DNA of 64,000 nucleotides from Gammaproteobacteria bacterium (GCA_050298595.1 JBNKUM010000014.1:1-64000); one strand, 5' to 3'. Positions 28,530 to 39,747 are shown, counted from the stretch's first letter. The notes: generated by a model from the letters alone, not told the origin. Translations and numbers: made by a program.

Positions 28530-30362
28530 TTATATCTCATACAACCACGGCAACACCATAGTCAGCGTTGCCCACATGAGTAAAGTTAGCGGCACGCCCA
28601 CCTTAACAAAATCCATAAATCGATAATTACCTGCATTCATTACCAGCAGGTTGGTTTGATAAGCCATTGGGGTGGCAAAGCTCATATTTGCTCCAAATAA
28701 AACGGCCAGCACAAAAGGTTCCGCATTCAGACCCAATTGCTGGGCGATACCGATTGCAATCGGAGTACCTATCACTGCCGCCGCATTATTAGAGACAACA
28801 TTAGTCAACAAAGCCATCAATAACATTAAGCCACTCAATACCCAGGTCGGTGACCAACCATCCGTTGCGTAAACATATTGTTGCGCCAGAAAATCCGCCG
28901 CGCCCGTTTGTAGCAGAGCATTACCCATCGCCAGGGAGACGACAATAATCAGTATCACCGGGGCACTTAAGGCGGTACGTGCATCTCGCCAGCGCATGCA
29001 CCCAGTGAGTAGCATAAGAAAAACACCCACCATAGCACTGATTTCAATCGATAGTATTCCGCTGGCTGCGCTTGCTACAATGAAGAACATAATCGCTAAT
29101 GAGACATAGGCTTTACTGGATCTGGGCAAATCTGAACTGGCATCCAGTACCATGACATTACGGCTAGCTTTCATGCGTTTGATACTCTCCCGCGAGCCTT
29201 GCACCAGTACTACGTCACCAGCTTTTAACTGAACATCTTCTGGATGCTGGGTACTTGATTTCTGTTTCCAGCGGATAGCACGATGTAAGGCTAGCACCAG
29301 CATATGATATCGATCGGTAAAACGAGTCTCCTTCAAGCTCCTGTTTTCCAGAGAAGAGCCCGGCACGATAACGACTTCGGCGATTTGCTGGTCATTGTCT
29401 TTGAGTGGATGATCTTCATCCACCGGCTGATCCTCGGCATAAAGGCGCGCACCGATCAGGCTTTCGAAAGACTTCAACATCTCGGGCGTTTCTTTAGCCC
29501 AGATGTGGTCCTCTGCCCGAATCTTGATATCAGGTAATGGTGATAAACGAATGCCTTCTTTACCTCGAAGGATCTCGTGTACAACCAGCTTGCCATCGGT
29601 TTTGGCAATCACTTCTGCCAGTGTTGCTCCATCAGCAAAACCACCTTCTATGATACGCAACTGGGCACTAAAAATACGTGCCGAGGTCGTGGGCATAATG
29701 GGTTCACGATGTGGCGTGATGCGTGGTGCGATCAACCACAGATAGATAATACCTACACTCCCAGCAATCAATGCGGGTATGACAAAATCGAACATGCCAA
29801 ACTCACGCAATCCCAGCTCACTGGCAAAAGAAACCACCAGAAGGTTAGTTGAGGTACCGATGGTTGTTGCCATACCTCCCATCAAGGTGGCAAAGCCTAC
29901 CGGCATTAATAACGATGATGCGGAGGATCCTGTTTTAAGCGAAATACTGATCAGTATCGGTAACAGCAAAATCACAATGGGGGTGTTATTCACAAAGGCA
30001 CTTAACACGGCACCGCTTAGCAAAGTGAGTAGAAATACCAACACTGGACTTTTCGCCCAGAATTTTCCCAGCAGGCGCCCCACTGGTTCCAGTGCACCGG
30101 TACGTACCAGGCCTTTACCGGCAATCATCAATGCGCACACGGCGATCAATGCCTTATGCCCAAATCCGGTTAAAAACTGTGCCGATTTAAGCGGCCCCTG
30201 CTCGGTTTGATAGGGAAACAGCTCAAACACCAGCGCCAGTAAAACAAGGATAAAAAGGCTGGAACTGGCGATAGGGATCTTTTCATGGGCGAACAGAAAC
30301 AGCGCTGCAACCACCAGCAGCATAACAAACCAGGCATGGAAACCTACGCTGGACTCGATCAT
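28530..30362 (-). CDS. SLC13/DASS-family permease with TrkA-C domains
   Basis: SAFVNNT, GGMATTIGTSTNL, TNVVSNNAAA, SFATPMAYQTN; central soluble TrkA-C region. Confidence 0.88.
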   Translation of the reverse strand: MIESSVGFHAWFVMLLVVAALFLFAHEKIPIASSSLFILVLLALVFELFPYQTEQGPLKSAQFLTGFGHKALIAVCALMIAGKGLVRTGALEPVGRLLGKFWAKSPVLVFLLTLLSGAVLSAFVNNTPIVILLLPILISISLKTGSSASSLLMPVGFATLMGGMATTIGTSTNLLVVSFASELGLREFGMFDFVIPALIAGSVGIIYLWLIAPRITPHREPIMPTTSARIFSAQLRIIEGGFADGATLAEVIAKTDGKLVVHEILRGKEGIRLSPLPDIKIRAEDHIWAKETPEMLKSFESLIGARLYAEDQPVDEDHPLKDNDQQIAEVVIVPGSSLENRSLKETRFTDRYHMLVLALHRAIRWKQKSSTQHPEDVQLKAGDVVLVQGSRESIKRMKASRNVMVLDASSDLPRSSKAYVSLAIMFFIVASAASGILSIEISAMVGVFLMLLTGCMRWRDARTALSAPVILIIVVSLAMGNALLQTGAADFLAQQYVYATDGWSPTWVLSGLMLLMALLTNVVSNNAAAVIGTPIAIGIAQQLGLNAEPFVLAVLFGANMSFATPMAYQTNLLVMNAGNYRFMDFVKVGVPLTLLMWATLTMVLPWLYEI

Positions 30363-30495
30363 AAAGAACCTGAAGTTTATTTTTTCTTAGAAACCGTCAG
30401 TGCATCGAGCAGGATTAAAATTTTCGTGCTGTTAGCAGAGTGACCAATGAAGTAAAGATAGCACTCATTGAGAGATTAAATCTCATTTTCTACAT

Positions 30496-31572
30496 CTAGT
30501 CTTTATGCAAGTTGAGTGGATTATTGATATCAATACCATCCATGAAAGGTTTCTTACGATCTTTATGGGTGAGCTGGTAAATAAGGCCCATCCAGTTTCC
30601 GACGACGGCATCGGCAGTATCACACCAACTGTTATTCAAATGCGGGATGATTTTAGCCTCAGGAAACTCTGGCAATTCACTACCCTTTGCCATCGCTTTT
30701 TGCAGATAGTAACGGTACTCTCTGAAAACAGCCTGTTCGAAGATGCTGAAATAATTTTCTGGAAAGGGCGGAAACTTATCCAGTTCTCCGGCAATAAACC
30801 GAAATACCTCGCGTTTAAACTCTTTAATTAGAGATATCGTATCGTATTCTGGATGCCCCTGAAAAAACACGGTACGTATTCCATCTTCACTAGTTGCCAG
30901 ATGCACACAGCCATCATCCTGTTCGGTGGCCAGTATATGCAACCCGGCCTCTGCAAATTGCTCTGGATACACTTCATTCCAGCGTGAATGGGGTACATCA
31001 AAGGTAGTATTTATATCGACCGTCAATGGGTGTTTCTGACGCGTAAGCTGGTGACTGAATACACCCCATTTTTTACCTTTCTGCGGATGCCGTTTCTGGC
31101 CGTAACGAAACTCCATCACAGCATGGGTGGCGAGACATGAACAAAGCGTTGAAGTGACATTATCGTAAGCCCAGTCCACCACTTCTTTTAGTGGTTCCCA
31201 GAACGCCTGGTTGGAAAGATCCGGGCCAATCACATTGGCGCCTGTAATGATTAAAGCATCCAGCCCCTGCTGCTTGATATTCTCAAAGCGCTCATAATAG
31301 GCATCAATATGAGCCTGCGCCTCGCTGCCACGCTCTAAAACATCCAGTGTAAAGGGATAAACATAAAACTGGGCAATCGGGTTGCTGTCGCCAATCAAAC
31401 GAAAAAACTGCATCTCGGTAGCTTTTAATGCAGCGTCAGGCATCATATTCAGCAAGCCTATGTGTAACTCACGGATATCCTGATTAAACGCACGCGCGGA
31501 ATCAAGAATATTAACGCCCTCTTCTTTCAGGCGTGCAAATGCGGGTAAATTGTTGTGCGCAACAATCGGCAT
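30496..31572 (-). CDS. metA: Homoserine O-acyltransferase (MetA family)
   Basis: LHIGLLNMMPDAAL, DALIITGA, CSCLA, PHSRWN, QGHPEYD. Confidence 0.9.
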   Translation of the reverse strand: MPIVAHNNLPAFARLKEEGVNILDSARAFNQDIRELHIGLLNMMPDAALKATEMQFFRLIGDSNPIAQFYVYPFTLDVLERGSEAQAHIDAYYERFENIKQQGLDALIITGANVIGPDLSNQAFWEPLKEVVDWAYDNVTSTLCSCLATHAVMEFRYGQKRHPQKGKKWGVFSHQLTRQKHPLTVDINTTFDVPHSRWNEVYPEQFAEAGLHILATEQDDGCVHLATSEDGIRTVFFQGHPEYDTISLIKEFKREVFRFIAGELDKFPPFPENYFSIFEQAVFREYRYYLQKAMAKGSELPEFPEAKIIPHLNNSWCDTADAVVGNWMGLIYQLTHKDRKKPFMDGIDINNPLNLHKD

Positions 31573-32441
31573 CAGCTTTGCCTCTCAATAGCGGTCTCTA
31601 ACAGCTGCATGAAATCGGCCTCGCTTTTGACCCTGGCCACCTCTTCTGAAGTTACTGTATAGCCCTGTTTGGCTATCTCTTCGTAACGCGGTAAACGTGA
31701 ACGGAATAGACGCGGGAAAACCCAACGCGCAAAATCATCAGGATCCATCTCTGCGGCATAAGTTAAACCCGTCTCCTTGAGATACATGTCCAGATGTTCT
31801 AACAGAAACTCAGGGCGATAATACAATGGCTTGGGTGAACTTACGGCCCGGTCGATGAGTTTGTTTTCCTCGGCCTGATTGGTTACCTTGATGTAAAGAA
31901 TTAGCGTATGCTCGGTCAGCATTTCCATCACGCCAGGCTCTTCCAGCTCGCATAGACTGCCACCCACATCATTCACAAAATGCGGATAACCGTAAAGTTG
32001 CTGAGCCTTGCCTATGAATTCAGGCACATCGTACATGGTATCAATCTCGGCCTGACGATACTGCGCCTGGCGCTTGATAAAATCTTCCAGCTCTACACCG
32101 CCCAGTTCAGGATTACCCAGCTTACCAACAAAACTGAGCACGGGACCAAGGTCGTGTACCTTGATGTTATTGCGAATATAGATCCAGTCATTACGCAACA
32201 GCTCTTTTAGAAAGGGCACCTGCATTGCCTGCTGCTTAATCATATCCATGATAGGCTCATCCAGATAGCGCGTACCGATGCGATAGTCCCCCGAATAGTG
32301 GAACCAGTTAGCCCCATCGCGCAGCATGGTGGAAAGGTAGGATTTTCCAACACCCGACATACCCACCAGGGTTACCTTTTTATTATCCCATGCACGGAAT
32401 TGTTCAAGCGAAAATTTCAAACCCTGCTCCAGTAAATGCAA
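31572..32441 (-). CDS. P-loop NTPase of unknown function, translationally coupled to metA
   Basis: GMSGVGKS, WFHYSGDYRIGTRYL, DVGGSLCE, PKPLYY. Confidence 0.75.
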   Translation of the reverse strand: MHLLEQGLKFSLEQFRAWDNKKVTLVGMSGVGKSYLSTMLRDGANWFHYSGDYRIGTRYLDEPIMDMIKQQAMQVPFLKELLRNDWIYIRNNIKVHDLGPVLSFVGKLGNPELGGVELEDFIKRQAQYRQAEIDTMYDVPEFIGKAQQLYGYPHFVNDVGGSLCELEEPGVMEMLTEHTLILYIKVTNQAEENKLIDRAVSSPKPLYYRPEFLLEHLDMYLKETGLTYAAEMDPDDFARWVFPRLFRSRLPRYEEIAKQGYTVTSEEVARVKSEADFMQLLETAIERQS

Positions 32442-32769
32442 AATGGCGATTATGCCTTATTTCCCCAGGTGAAGAAATCATACTGGCATCTGTTTGAACC
32501 TGGATTCCGCAATTGACCGCTCGCATAAGTAGTATTTTAAACAGGATTATTGGCCCGAAATATGATTGTGTTGATTGGCCTTGCAGTATCTGGATTTTAC
32601 GCACAGCAACTACTCCACTAAATAGGCATATATTTTATGGGGTAAATGCTCAAAAAATAATATGTTCTAATACCTAAAACTGATTAAGTTATCATTTTTC
32701 CTGATGTTATACTTCTGCCCCCAAATTCTGACTGCTGCAATAGATAAGCTAATTTAAGAGAGAATCCGC

Positions 32770-34167
32770 ATGAAAAAAACGATGTATGAGAAAATCTGGG
32801 ATGACCATTTAGTGCATGAATCTGAAGGTCAGGCTCCTACACTGTATATAGACCGTCATTTGCTACATGAAGTGACCAGTCCCCAGGCCTTCGAAGGTCT
32901 TAGAAATGCGAATCGCGCTGTGCGTCGTACAGCGGCCAACCTGGCGACTCTGGACCATTGTGTACCCACCAAAGATCGTGACCAGCCTATCAAAGACCCC
33001 ATAGCTCGCAAACAGGTCGAGACTATGATGAAAAACTGCGCCGATAACGGCATGCGACTGTACGATATGGAGAGCCCAAATAACGGCATTATTCATATTG
33101 TGGTACCCGAACATGGCTTTGTGCACCCTGGCATGACCGTGGTGTGTGGTGACAGCCATACCGCAACACATGGCGCATTTGGCGCACTGGCCTTTGGTAT
33201 TGGTACCTCAGAGGTAGAACATGTACTGTCCACCCAGACCCTACGTCAGAAGAAATCTAAAACCATGCGTGTGAATGTGGAAGGTGAGTTATCCGAATTC
33301 TGCACAGCTAAAGATATCGCGCTATCTATCATCGGGCATATCGGTACCGCTGGCGGCACCGGCTATGTCATCGAATACACTGGCGATGCAATCAGCAAAC
33401 TATCCATGGAAGGCCGCATGACCCTCTGTAACCTGGCTATCGAAAGTGGTGCCAGAGCCGGTCTGGTTGCTCCGGATGAAAAGACCTTTGAATTTCTAAA
33501 GGGTCGTGAGTTTGCTCCACAGGCTGAAGACTGGGATCAGGCTGTCGCCTACTGGAAAAGCATAGTCAGTGATGAAGACGCTGTATATGACAAAGAAATC
33601 ACCATACATGCGGATGATATTGCGCCGCAGGTTACCTGGGGCACTTCGCCTGAGCAGGTGATAGGTGTGGATAAAAAAGTGCCCGATCCTCAGCAGTTTA
33701 GTGATGAAGAAAAGCAGAAAGCCTGCGCCAGCGCACTTGACTATATGGGGTTAAAAGCGAATACCGATATTACCGATATCAACATTGATTATGTATTTGT
33801 CGGTTCCTGTACCAATGGTCGTATTGAAGATCTGCGCGCTGCAGCGAAGGTAGCTAAAGGCACTAAGGTTGCTGATGGTGTTACCGCGATTGTGGTACCC
33901 GGTTCCTACTGGGTTAAAAAGCAGGCTGAAGAAGAAGGCCTGAATCAGATATTTATTGATGCTGGCTGGCAATGGCGTGAACCTGGTTGCTCCATGTGTC
34001 TGGCCATGAATGGTGACGAGCTAAAACCCGGCGAGCGTTGTGCTTCAACCTCTAACCGCAACTTTGAAGGCCGTCAGGGCAAAGGTGGTCGTACCCACCT
34101 GGTATCTCCTGCTATGGCAGCCGCAGCTGCGGCCGCGGGTAAGTTTGTAGATATCCGCAAGCTGTAG
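32770..34167 (+). CDS. leuC: 3-isopropylmalate dehydratase large subunit
   Basis: [42 protein letters not shown]. Confidence 0.97.
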   Translation: MKKTMYEKIWDDHLVHESEGQAPTLYIDRHLLHEVTSPQAFEGLRNANRAVRRTAANLATLDHCVPTKDRDQPIKDPIARKQVETMMKNCADNGMRLYDMESPNNGIIHIVVPEHGFVHPGMTVVCGDSHTATHGAFGALAFGIGTSEVEHVLSTQTLRQKKSKTMRVNVEGELSEFCTAKDIALSIIGHIGTAGGTGYVIEYTGDAISKLSMEGRMTLCNLAIESGARAGLVAPDEKTFEFLKGREFAPQAEDWDQAVAYWKSIVSDEDAVYDKEITIHADDIAPQVTWGTSPEQVIGVDKKVPDPQQFSDEEKQKACASALDYMGLKANTDITDINIDYVFVGSCTNGRIEDLRAAAKVAKGTKVADGVTAIVVPGSYWVKKQAEEEGLNQIFIDAGWQWREPGCSMCLAMNGDELKPGERCASTSNRNFEGRQGKGGRTHLVSPAMAAAAAAAGKFVDIRKL

Positions 34168-34214
34168 CGCTGAGATAAAGCCTAAATTAAATAGCGAATT
34201 CAGAGAGATTAAAT

Positions 34215-34826
34215 ATGAAGCCTTATACCAATCATACTAGCACTGCCGCATTAATGGACCGCAGTAACGTCGATACCGATCAAATCATTCCCAAGCAATT
34301 CCTGAAGAAGGTTGAACGCTCAGGATTTGGCATACACCTGTTTCATGACTGGCGCTATAACGCCGATGGCAGTGAAAATGCAGATTTTGAACTGAATAAA
34401 GCAGCCTTCAAAGATGCAAAAATTCTCGTGGCTGGAGATAACTTCGGCTGTGGTTCATCACGCGAACACGCACCCTGGGCGATTGAAGACTATGGTTTTA
34501 ATACCATTATCTCAACCAGCTATGCCGATATTTTTTATAACAACTGTTTCAAGAATGGCATATTACCGATAGTGGTTTCGCGTCAGCAACTGGATCAGTT
34601 GATGCAGGAAATTCGCGCTAACGAAGGCGTCAAGTTCAGCATCGATTTGCCTGAGCAAACTATTACAACTGCTGCTGGCACTGTAGTTAAATTCGACATA
34701 GACGAATTTCGTAAACAGAACCTGTTGTTAGGCCTGGACGATATTGGAATGACCCTGCAGCACGTAGATAAGATTGATGCGTTTGAAGCTCGTCAGCAAC
34801 AGACCCACCCCTGGTTGTGGAAATAA
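34215..34826 (+). CDS. leuD: 3-isopropylmalate dehydratase small subunit
   Basis: NVDTDQIIPKQFL, NFGCGSSREHAPW. Confidence 0.97.
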   Translation: MKPYTNHTSTAALMDRSNVDTDQIIPKQFLKKVERSGFGIHLFHDWRYNADGSENADFELNKAAFKDAKILVAGDNFGCGSSREHAPWAIEDYGFNTIISTSYADIFYNNCFKNGILPIVVSRQQLDQLMQEIRANEGVKFSIDLPEQTITTAAGTVVKFDIDEFRKQNLLLGLDDIGMTLQHVDKIDAFEARQQQTHPWLWK

Positions 34827-34858
34827 GCCATCCTTACTCTTAAGCGTTGATATAAAGT

Positions 34859-36427
34859 ATGACTGATACAGGGCGACATATTGAGCTGATGGATACCACC
34901 TTGCGTGATGGAGAGCAAACACAGGGTGTTTCTTTCACACCAGATGAAAAGGTCAACATCGGCAAGGCTTTATTACAAAAGCTGGGCGTTGACCGTATCG
35001 AGGTCGCCTCTGCCAAGGTGTCGGAAGGTGAGAAAAAGGCAGTCACAACGCTTAACGAATGGGCAGCCAAAGAAGGCTATCTGGAACGTATCGAGGTACT
35101 TGGCTTTGTCGATCATACGCGCAGCGTAGACTGGATAGTCGAAACTGGCGGGCGCACCATAAACCTGTTGACCAAGGGCAGTGAAAATCATTGCCGCAAT
35201 CAATTAAGGCAGGAACTGTCCGAACATGCCGAAGCGATCAGACAGACCATAAGCTACGCCCAAAGCAAAGGTCTCACCGTCAATATGTATCTGGAAGACT
35301 GGTCGAACGGCTACAGAGATAATCCGGATTATGTTTTTGGCTTGATGGATGCAGTAAAAGGTTGCGGTGTGAAACGCTATTTACTGCCTGATACGCTCGG
35401 CGTGATGTCACCCGCTGAAGTCACTGCTGCCATTAGTGATATGGTGACACGTTTTCCCGAGCAGCAATTTGATTTTCATCCACATAATGACTATGGACTG
35501 GCCACAGCCAACGCAATGGCCGCCGTAGCTGCCGGTGCCGGTGCGATACATTGCACCCTGAACTGCCTGGGCGAGCGTGCAGGTAATGCATCCCTGGCGG
35601 AGGTAGCTGTGGTGTTGAAAGATAAAATGGGCATGAAGTTATCTATCAATGAGCACCATATCTTTGATTTGAGTAATATGGTTGAACGTTTTTCAGGAAA
35701 ACGCATCAGCGACAACACACCGATTGTGGGTAGCAATGTGTTTACGCAAACTGCGGGCATACATGCTGACGGTGATACCAAGGGTGGCCTGTACGAAAGT
35801 CATTTGAGCCCGGAAAGATTTGGCCGTAAACGCACCTACGCACTGGGTAAGATGAGTGGAAAGGCATCGCTGCTGAAAAATCTGGAAAAACTGGACCTGA
35901 GTCTTAGCCCTGAGAATCAGGAAAAAGTGCTGAAACGCATCGTAAAACTGGGTGACTCCAAACAGAATATTACACCTGATGATTTACCCTTCATCATTGC
36001 TGATGTCATGGAGAGCAGTGACTACCATCATATCAAATTGATCAATTGCTCCATCACCAGTGGTCTGAATCTGGAATCGACGGTGAGCATAGCAGTAGAC
36101 CTGAATGGTAAAATTCTGAAATCTACCGGTGCAGGCAATGGTGGTTTTGATGCCTTTATCAATGCCGTTGGCAAGCTATTTAAACCGGATTATTACGTGT
36201 TACCCAAGCTGGAAGATTTCGAGGTGCGCATTCCTCGTGGTGGCAATACCAACGCGCTCACCGAATGTATTATCACCTGGCGCACAAAGCACAAGAGCAT
36301 CAAAACACGAGGGGTTCATTCGAACCAGGTTTTTGCTGCCATACTGGCAACGACTCGTGTCATCAATCTTCAGCTACATGAGTTAGCAGCCTCTTCTGAG
36401 GACCAACTCAAGGAAAACACTGATTAG
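34859..36427 (+). CDS. cimA: (R)-citramalate synthase-like DRE-TIM enzyme (Leptospira/Bacteroides-type CimA)
   Basis: MDTTLRDGEQT, NMYLEDWSNG, DFHPHNDY, GERAGN, YALGKMSGKAS, C-terminal regulatory domain. Confidence 0.7.
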   Translation: MTDTGRHIELMDTTLRDGEQTQGVSFTPDEKVNIGKALLQKLGVDRIEVASAKVSEGEKKAVTTLNEWAAKEGYLERIEVLGFVDHTRSVDWIVETGGRTINLLTKGSENHCRNQLRQELSEHAEAIRQTISYAQSKGLTVNMYLEDWSNGYRDNPDYVFGLMDAVKGCGVKRYLLPDTLGVMSPAEVTAAISDMVTRFPEQQFDFHPHNDYGLATANAMAAVAAGAGAIHCTLNCLGERAGNASLAEVAVVLKDKMGMKLSINEHHIFDLSNMVERFSGKRISDNTPIVGSNVFTQTAGIHADGDTKGGLYESHLSPERFGRKRTYALGKMSGKASLLKNLEKLDLSLSPENQEKVLKRIVKLGDSKQNITPDDLPFIIADVMESSDYHHIKLINCSITSGLNLESTVSIAVDLNGKILKSTGAGNGGFDAFINAVGKLFKPDYYVLPKLEDFEVRIPRGGNTNALTECIITWRTKHKSIKTRGVHSNQVFAAILATTRVINLQLHELAASSEDQLKENTD

Positions 36428-36517
36428 TTCTTTTATTCCTGTCATTACTAACCCCTCGTGTCAGGAGTCGCTATAGAGAAGTAGCATTTACGCAACTAAA
36501 GGATGAAATCAGATAGT

Positions 36518-36997
36518 TCAGGAAATCGGCTTTAAATGAATATGCCGATGCGGCAGATTCAGTTTTCCATGTTGATGCTCCTGAGCAATCGCCTCTACCG
36601 GGAAACAATTGAGTCTGCCATGTCTGACGCCTGGTTGTGAAATTACTACATCGGCAAAAGCCTGAACACGCTCCAGAGATCCATGTAAGACAATAGTCTC
36701 CAGACAGTTATCATGATCCAGATGCACATGCAAAGTGGAGACCGTTAAATCATGGTGATCATGGGATATTTGCGTCATACGTGTTGCAAGGTCACGCTGG
36801 TGGTGATCATAAATATAAGTGAGTGTGGCCGTACAGTCTCCCTTCAGGTCGCTACTTTGCCGGGCATCCAGAAGTTGTTCTCTTAACATATCTCGAATAG
36901 CCTCGGATCGATTACTGTAACCCTGATCTTTACGGAATTGCTCAAATTGTTCAGCAAGTGACTCTTCAAGTGTAATAGTGAAACGCTGCATGCTCAT
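36518..36997 (-). CDS. nikR: Nickel-responsive regulator NikR
   Basis: MQRFTITL, YSNRSEAIRD, YDHH, STLHVHLDHDNCLE, His-rich tail. Confidence 0.93.
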   Translation of the reverse strand: MSMQRFTITLEESLAEQFEQFRKDQGYSNRSEAIRDMLREQLLDARQSSDLKGDCTATLTYIYDHHQRDLATRMTQISHDHHDLTVSTLHVHLDHDNCLETIVLHGSLERVQAFADVVISQPGVRHGRLNCFPVEAIAQEHQHGKLNLPHRHIHLKPIS

Positions 36998-37090
36998 TGG
37001 TTTTGCTCTCGGGTAGATATCGCTCGAACATGATCTACGTAAAACCTGGATCGATCAAGATATGCACGACTTCCCCCTGCCTGAAAAACC

Positions 37091-37119
37091 AGTATGATAA
37101 ATTTTAAATTTATCATACT
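37091..37119. promoter_or_regulatory. NikR operator-like palindrome
   Basis: AGTATGATAAATTT-T-AAATTTATCATACT, i.e. GTATGA-N15-TCATAC, between divergent nikR and hupE/ureJ. Confidence 0.8.
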
Positions 37120-37208
37120 ATAACTTGTGTTAATTCGATGCCTTAGCTTAGCGCGAGTTGAGTTAGCGCGTAAATTTTGTTGGACACTAATCACTAGAGG
37201 ATAAACAA

Positions 37209-37787
37209 ATGAATCAATCAATCTGCAAACTTTCACTGCTTCTTTTACTTCTGCCCGGTATTGCATTTGCACATACCGGGGTTGGCGAAACCACTGGTAT
37301 AACTCATGGCTTTGGTCACCCGATTGGCGGTGTAGATCATCTGCTGGCTATGGTTGCTGTCGGACTGTGGGCTGCACAGATAGGAGGTCGAGCGTTGTGG
37401 GTGGTTCCTACGGTTTTTGTTACGGTAATGATGGCAGGTGGCGTTCTGGGATTCTCCGGTATACCAATACCATTTATTGAAGAAGGCATTCTGGTTTCTG
37501 TTTTGATACTGGGCGTATTGATTGCAGGTGCCTTCAAACTTCCGCTGATGTATAGCGCAGCTATCGTCGGCGTCTTCGCAATATTCCATGGTTATGCGCA
37601 TGGCGCCGAAATGCCGATCAGTATTGAAGCGGCTTCCTATACTTTTGGATTTGCTCTGGCTACTGCGCTGTTACACCTGTCCGGAATCGGCCTTGGTCTA
37701 TTACTAATGGTTTCCAAACTCAAGTACATTGATCGCTATGCAGGCGGCGCAATATTATTTAGTGGAATATATTTAGCCTTTGCATAG
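37209..37787 (+). CDS. HupE/UreJ-family Ni/Co permease
   Basis: Signal peptide AFA-HTG; GFGHPIGGVDHLLAM, FHGYAHGAE. Confidence 0.92.
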   Translation: MNQSICKLSLLLLLLPGIAFAHTGVGETTGITHGFGHPIGGVDHLLAMVAVGLWAAQIGGRALWVVPTVFVTVMMAGGVLGFSGIPIPFIEEGILVSVLILGVLIAGAFKLPLMYSAAIVGVFAIFHGYAHGAEMPISIEAASYTFGFALATALLHLSGIGLGLLLMVSKLKYIDRYAGGAILFSGIYLAFA

Positions 37788-37900
37788 TCTCTAGGTAATC
37801 AATGCTTTTTGAACAGCTGTTTTGATTGGCTAGAAGTACGAGGCAAAGTATCTATAGATCTCAGTCTTGCGCAGTCGCGAATCAGAACTTTATCAATAAG

Positions 37901-37925
37901 GGAACCTCAGGCATGCTGGGGTTCC
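37901..37925 (+). other. Hairpin between hupE/ureJ and soxB (terminator or 5'-UTR structure)
   Basis: GGAACCTCAG-GCATG-CTGGGGTTCC, 10-bp stem with one G-U pair. Confidence 0.45.
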
Positions 37926-37962
37926 TGAAATAATTTCAGCAAAACCCTATTGAGGAATAGAT

Positions 37963-39747
37963 ATGTCTCTGAGTCGTCGTGAATTTCTGCAGGTAATGGC
38001 ACTGGCGAGTGCTGCTGGTCTGGTTCCCCAAACAGGTCTGGCACAAAAAAAATCCCCGTCAGATCTTTATGATGTACCCAAATCTGGCAATGTGCGTCTT
38101 TTGCATATTACCGACTCACATGCCCAACTGTTACCAATTTATTTTCGTGAGCCTAACGTCAACCTGGGTATAGGTGCTGCCTATGGTAAGGCACCGCATA
38201 TAGTGGGTGCCGAACTACTGAAGTTGTTTAATCTACCCACCGACGGTATTCAGTCCCATGCCTATACCTATCTTGATTTCGAACAGGCAGCAAAAACCTA
38301 TGGTCGTGTAGGTGGCTTTGCCTACCTGAAAACCCTGATCGATAAGCTTCGCTCTGCAGTCGGGGATGGCAATTCACTGTTGCTGGATGGTGGTGATACC
38401 TGGCAGGGCTCAGGCACTGCATTCAAGACGCGTGGAAAAGATATGGTTGGTGCCTGTAATCGTTTGGGTGTAGATGTGATGACCGGTCACTGGGAGTTTA
38501 CCTATCTGGACAAGGAGGTCATTGAGAATCTGGGTGAGTTTAACGGTGAATTCCTGGCTCAGAACATCAAGGTTACCGAAGAAGCGCTGTTCGATTACCG
38601 CTTCGCTGATTACGCAAATTTCAATGAAGATTCAGGACATGCATTCAAGCCCTACACAATCAGGAAAGTCGGTGGAGCGCGTATTGCGGTAATCGGTCAG
38701 GCATTTCCCTATACACCTATAGCCAATCCTAGCCGATTTATGCCGGACTGGACATTCGGCATACAGGATGAAGCGATGCAGAACCTGGTTGAGCAGATAC
38801 GTGATGAAGAGAAACCCGACGCAGTAGTTGTCATCTCGCATAACGGTATGGATGTGGATCTCAAGATGGCGTCGATTGTTAGCGGTATCGATGTTATTTT
38901 CGGTGGTCATACGCACGATGGCATGCCGGCACCAACGGTAGTCACCAACCCCGGCGGTAAAACACTGGTTACTAATGCGGGTTCTAATGGCAAATATGTG
39001 GGCGTGATGGATCTGGATATACGTGGTGGTAAGGTCAGGGGCTACAACTACCGCTTACTACCCGTGTTCTCCAATCTACTGAAACCGGATGCGCAGATGG
39101 CTTCATACATTGAAGAGGTGCGTAAACCCCACCTGCCCTGGCTAAGAGAGAAGTTAGCTGTTGCAGGTGAAACCCTTTACCGTCGCGGCAATTTCAATGG
39201 TACCTTCGACCAGATCATCTGCGATGCACTGGTCGAGCAACTCGATGCTCAGGTATCACTGTCCCCTGGATTTCGCTGGGGCACCAGTGTGCTTCCTGGT
39301 GAACCGATTTATATGGAAAATATCCTCGATCAAACCTGTATGACCTATCCAGAGACCTATGTCCGCCCTATGACGGGTAAGGACATCAAGGCTATCCTCG
39401 AAGATGTTTGCGATAACCTGTTTAATGCCGACCCATACTATCAGCAGGGCGGAGATATGGTACGAGTGGGTGGTATGGACTATACCTGCGACCCAGCAGC
39501 CGGGATGGGCTCAAGAATTTCTGATCTACGCCTTAACGACGGCACCCCGGTCGAAGCCAATAAAAGTTATAAAGTAGCCGGTTGGGCTACGGTCGGTTCT
39601 CAATCCCCTGGGGCACCCGTATGGGATGTAGTCGCCGATTACCTCAGAAGTAAATCAACGGTGCGAATTACAAAACTGAATACCCCTAAACTGAAGAACG
39701 TCAGTGGCAATCCGGGAATTGCAAAATATGCGGGTATTACTGTATAG
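37963..39747 (+). CDS. soxB: Thiosulfohydrolase SoxB
   Basis: Tat signal SRREFLQ; HITDSHAQL..YFREP, LDGGDTWQGS, GHWEFT, SHNGMDVD, GGHTHD, YQQGGDMVRVGG. Confidence 0.95.
   Translation: MSLSRREFLQVMALASAAGLVPQTGLAQKKSPSDLYDVPKSGNVRLLHITDSHAQLLPIYFREPNVNLGIGAAYGKAPHIVGAELLKLFNLPTDGIQSHAYTYLDFEQAAKTYGRVGGFAYLKTLIDKLRSAVGDGNSLLLDGGDTWQGSGTAFKTRGKDMVGACNRLGVDVMTGHWEFTYLDKEVIENLGEFNGEFLAQNIKVTEEALFDYRFADYANFNEDSGHAFKPYTIRKVGGARIAVIGQAFPYTPIANPSRFMPDWTFGIQDEAMQNLVEQIRDEEKPDAVVVISHNGMDVDLKMASIVSGIDVIFGGHTHDGMPAPTVVTNPGGKTLVTNAGSNGKYVGVMDLDIRGGKVRGYNYRLLPVFSNLLKPDAQMASYIEEVRKPHLPWLREKLAVAGETLYRRGNFNGTFDQIICDALVEQLDAQVSLSPGFRWGTSVLPGEPIYMENILDQTCMTYPETYVRPMTGKDIKAILEDVCDNLFNADPYYQQGGDMVRVGGMDYTCDPAAGMGSRISDLRLNDGTPVEANKSYKVAGWATVGSQSPGAPVWDVVADYLRSKSTVRITKLNTPKLKNVSGNPGIAKYAGITV

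Noticed and set aside
32600-32769. Leucine attenuator upstream of leuC
   Set aside because: No Leu-rich leader peptide or terminator hairpin seen
36994-37272. 92-aa ORF upstream of nikR
   Set aside because: Spans the NikR operator and the hupE/ureJ start; likely spurious
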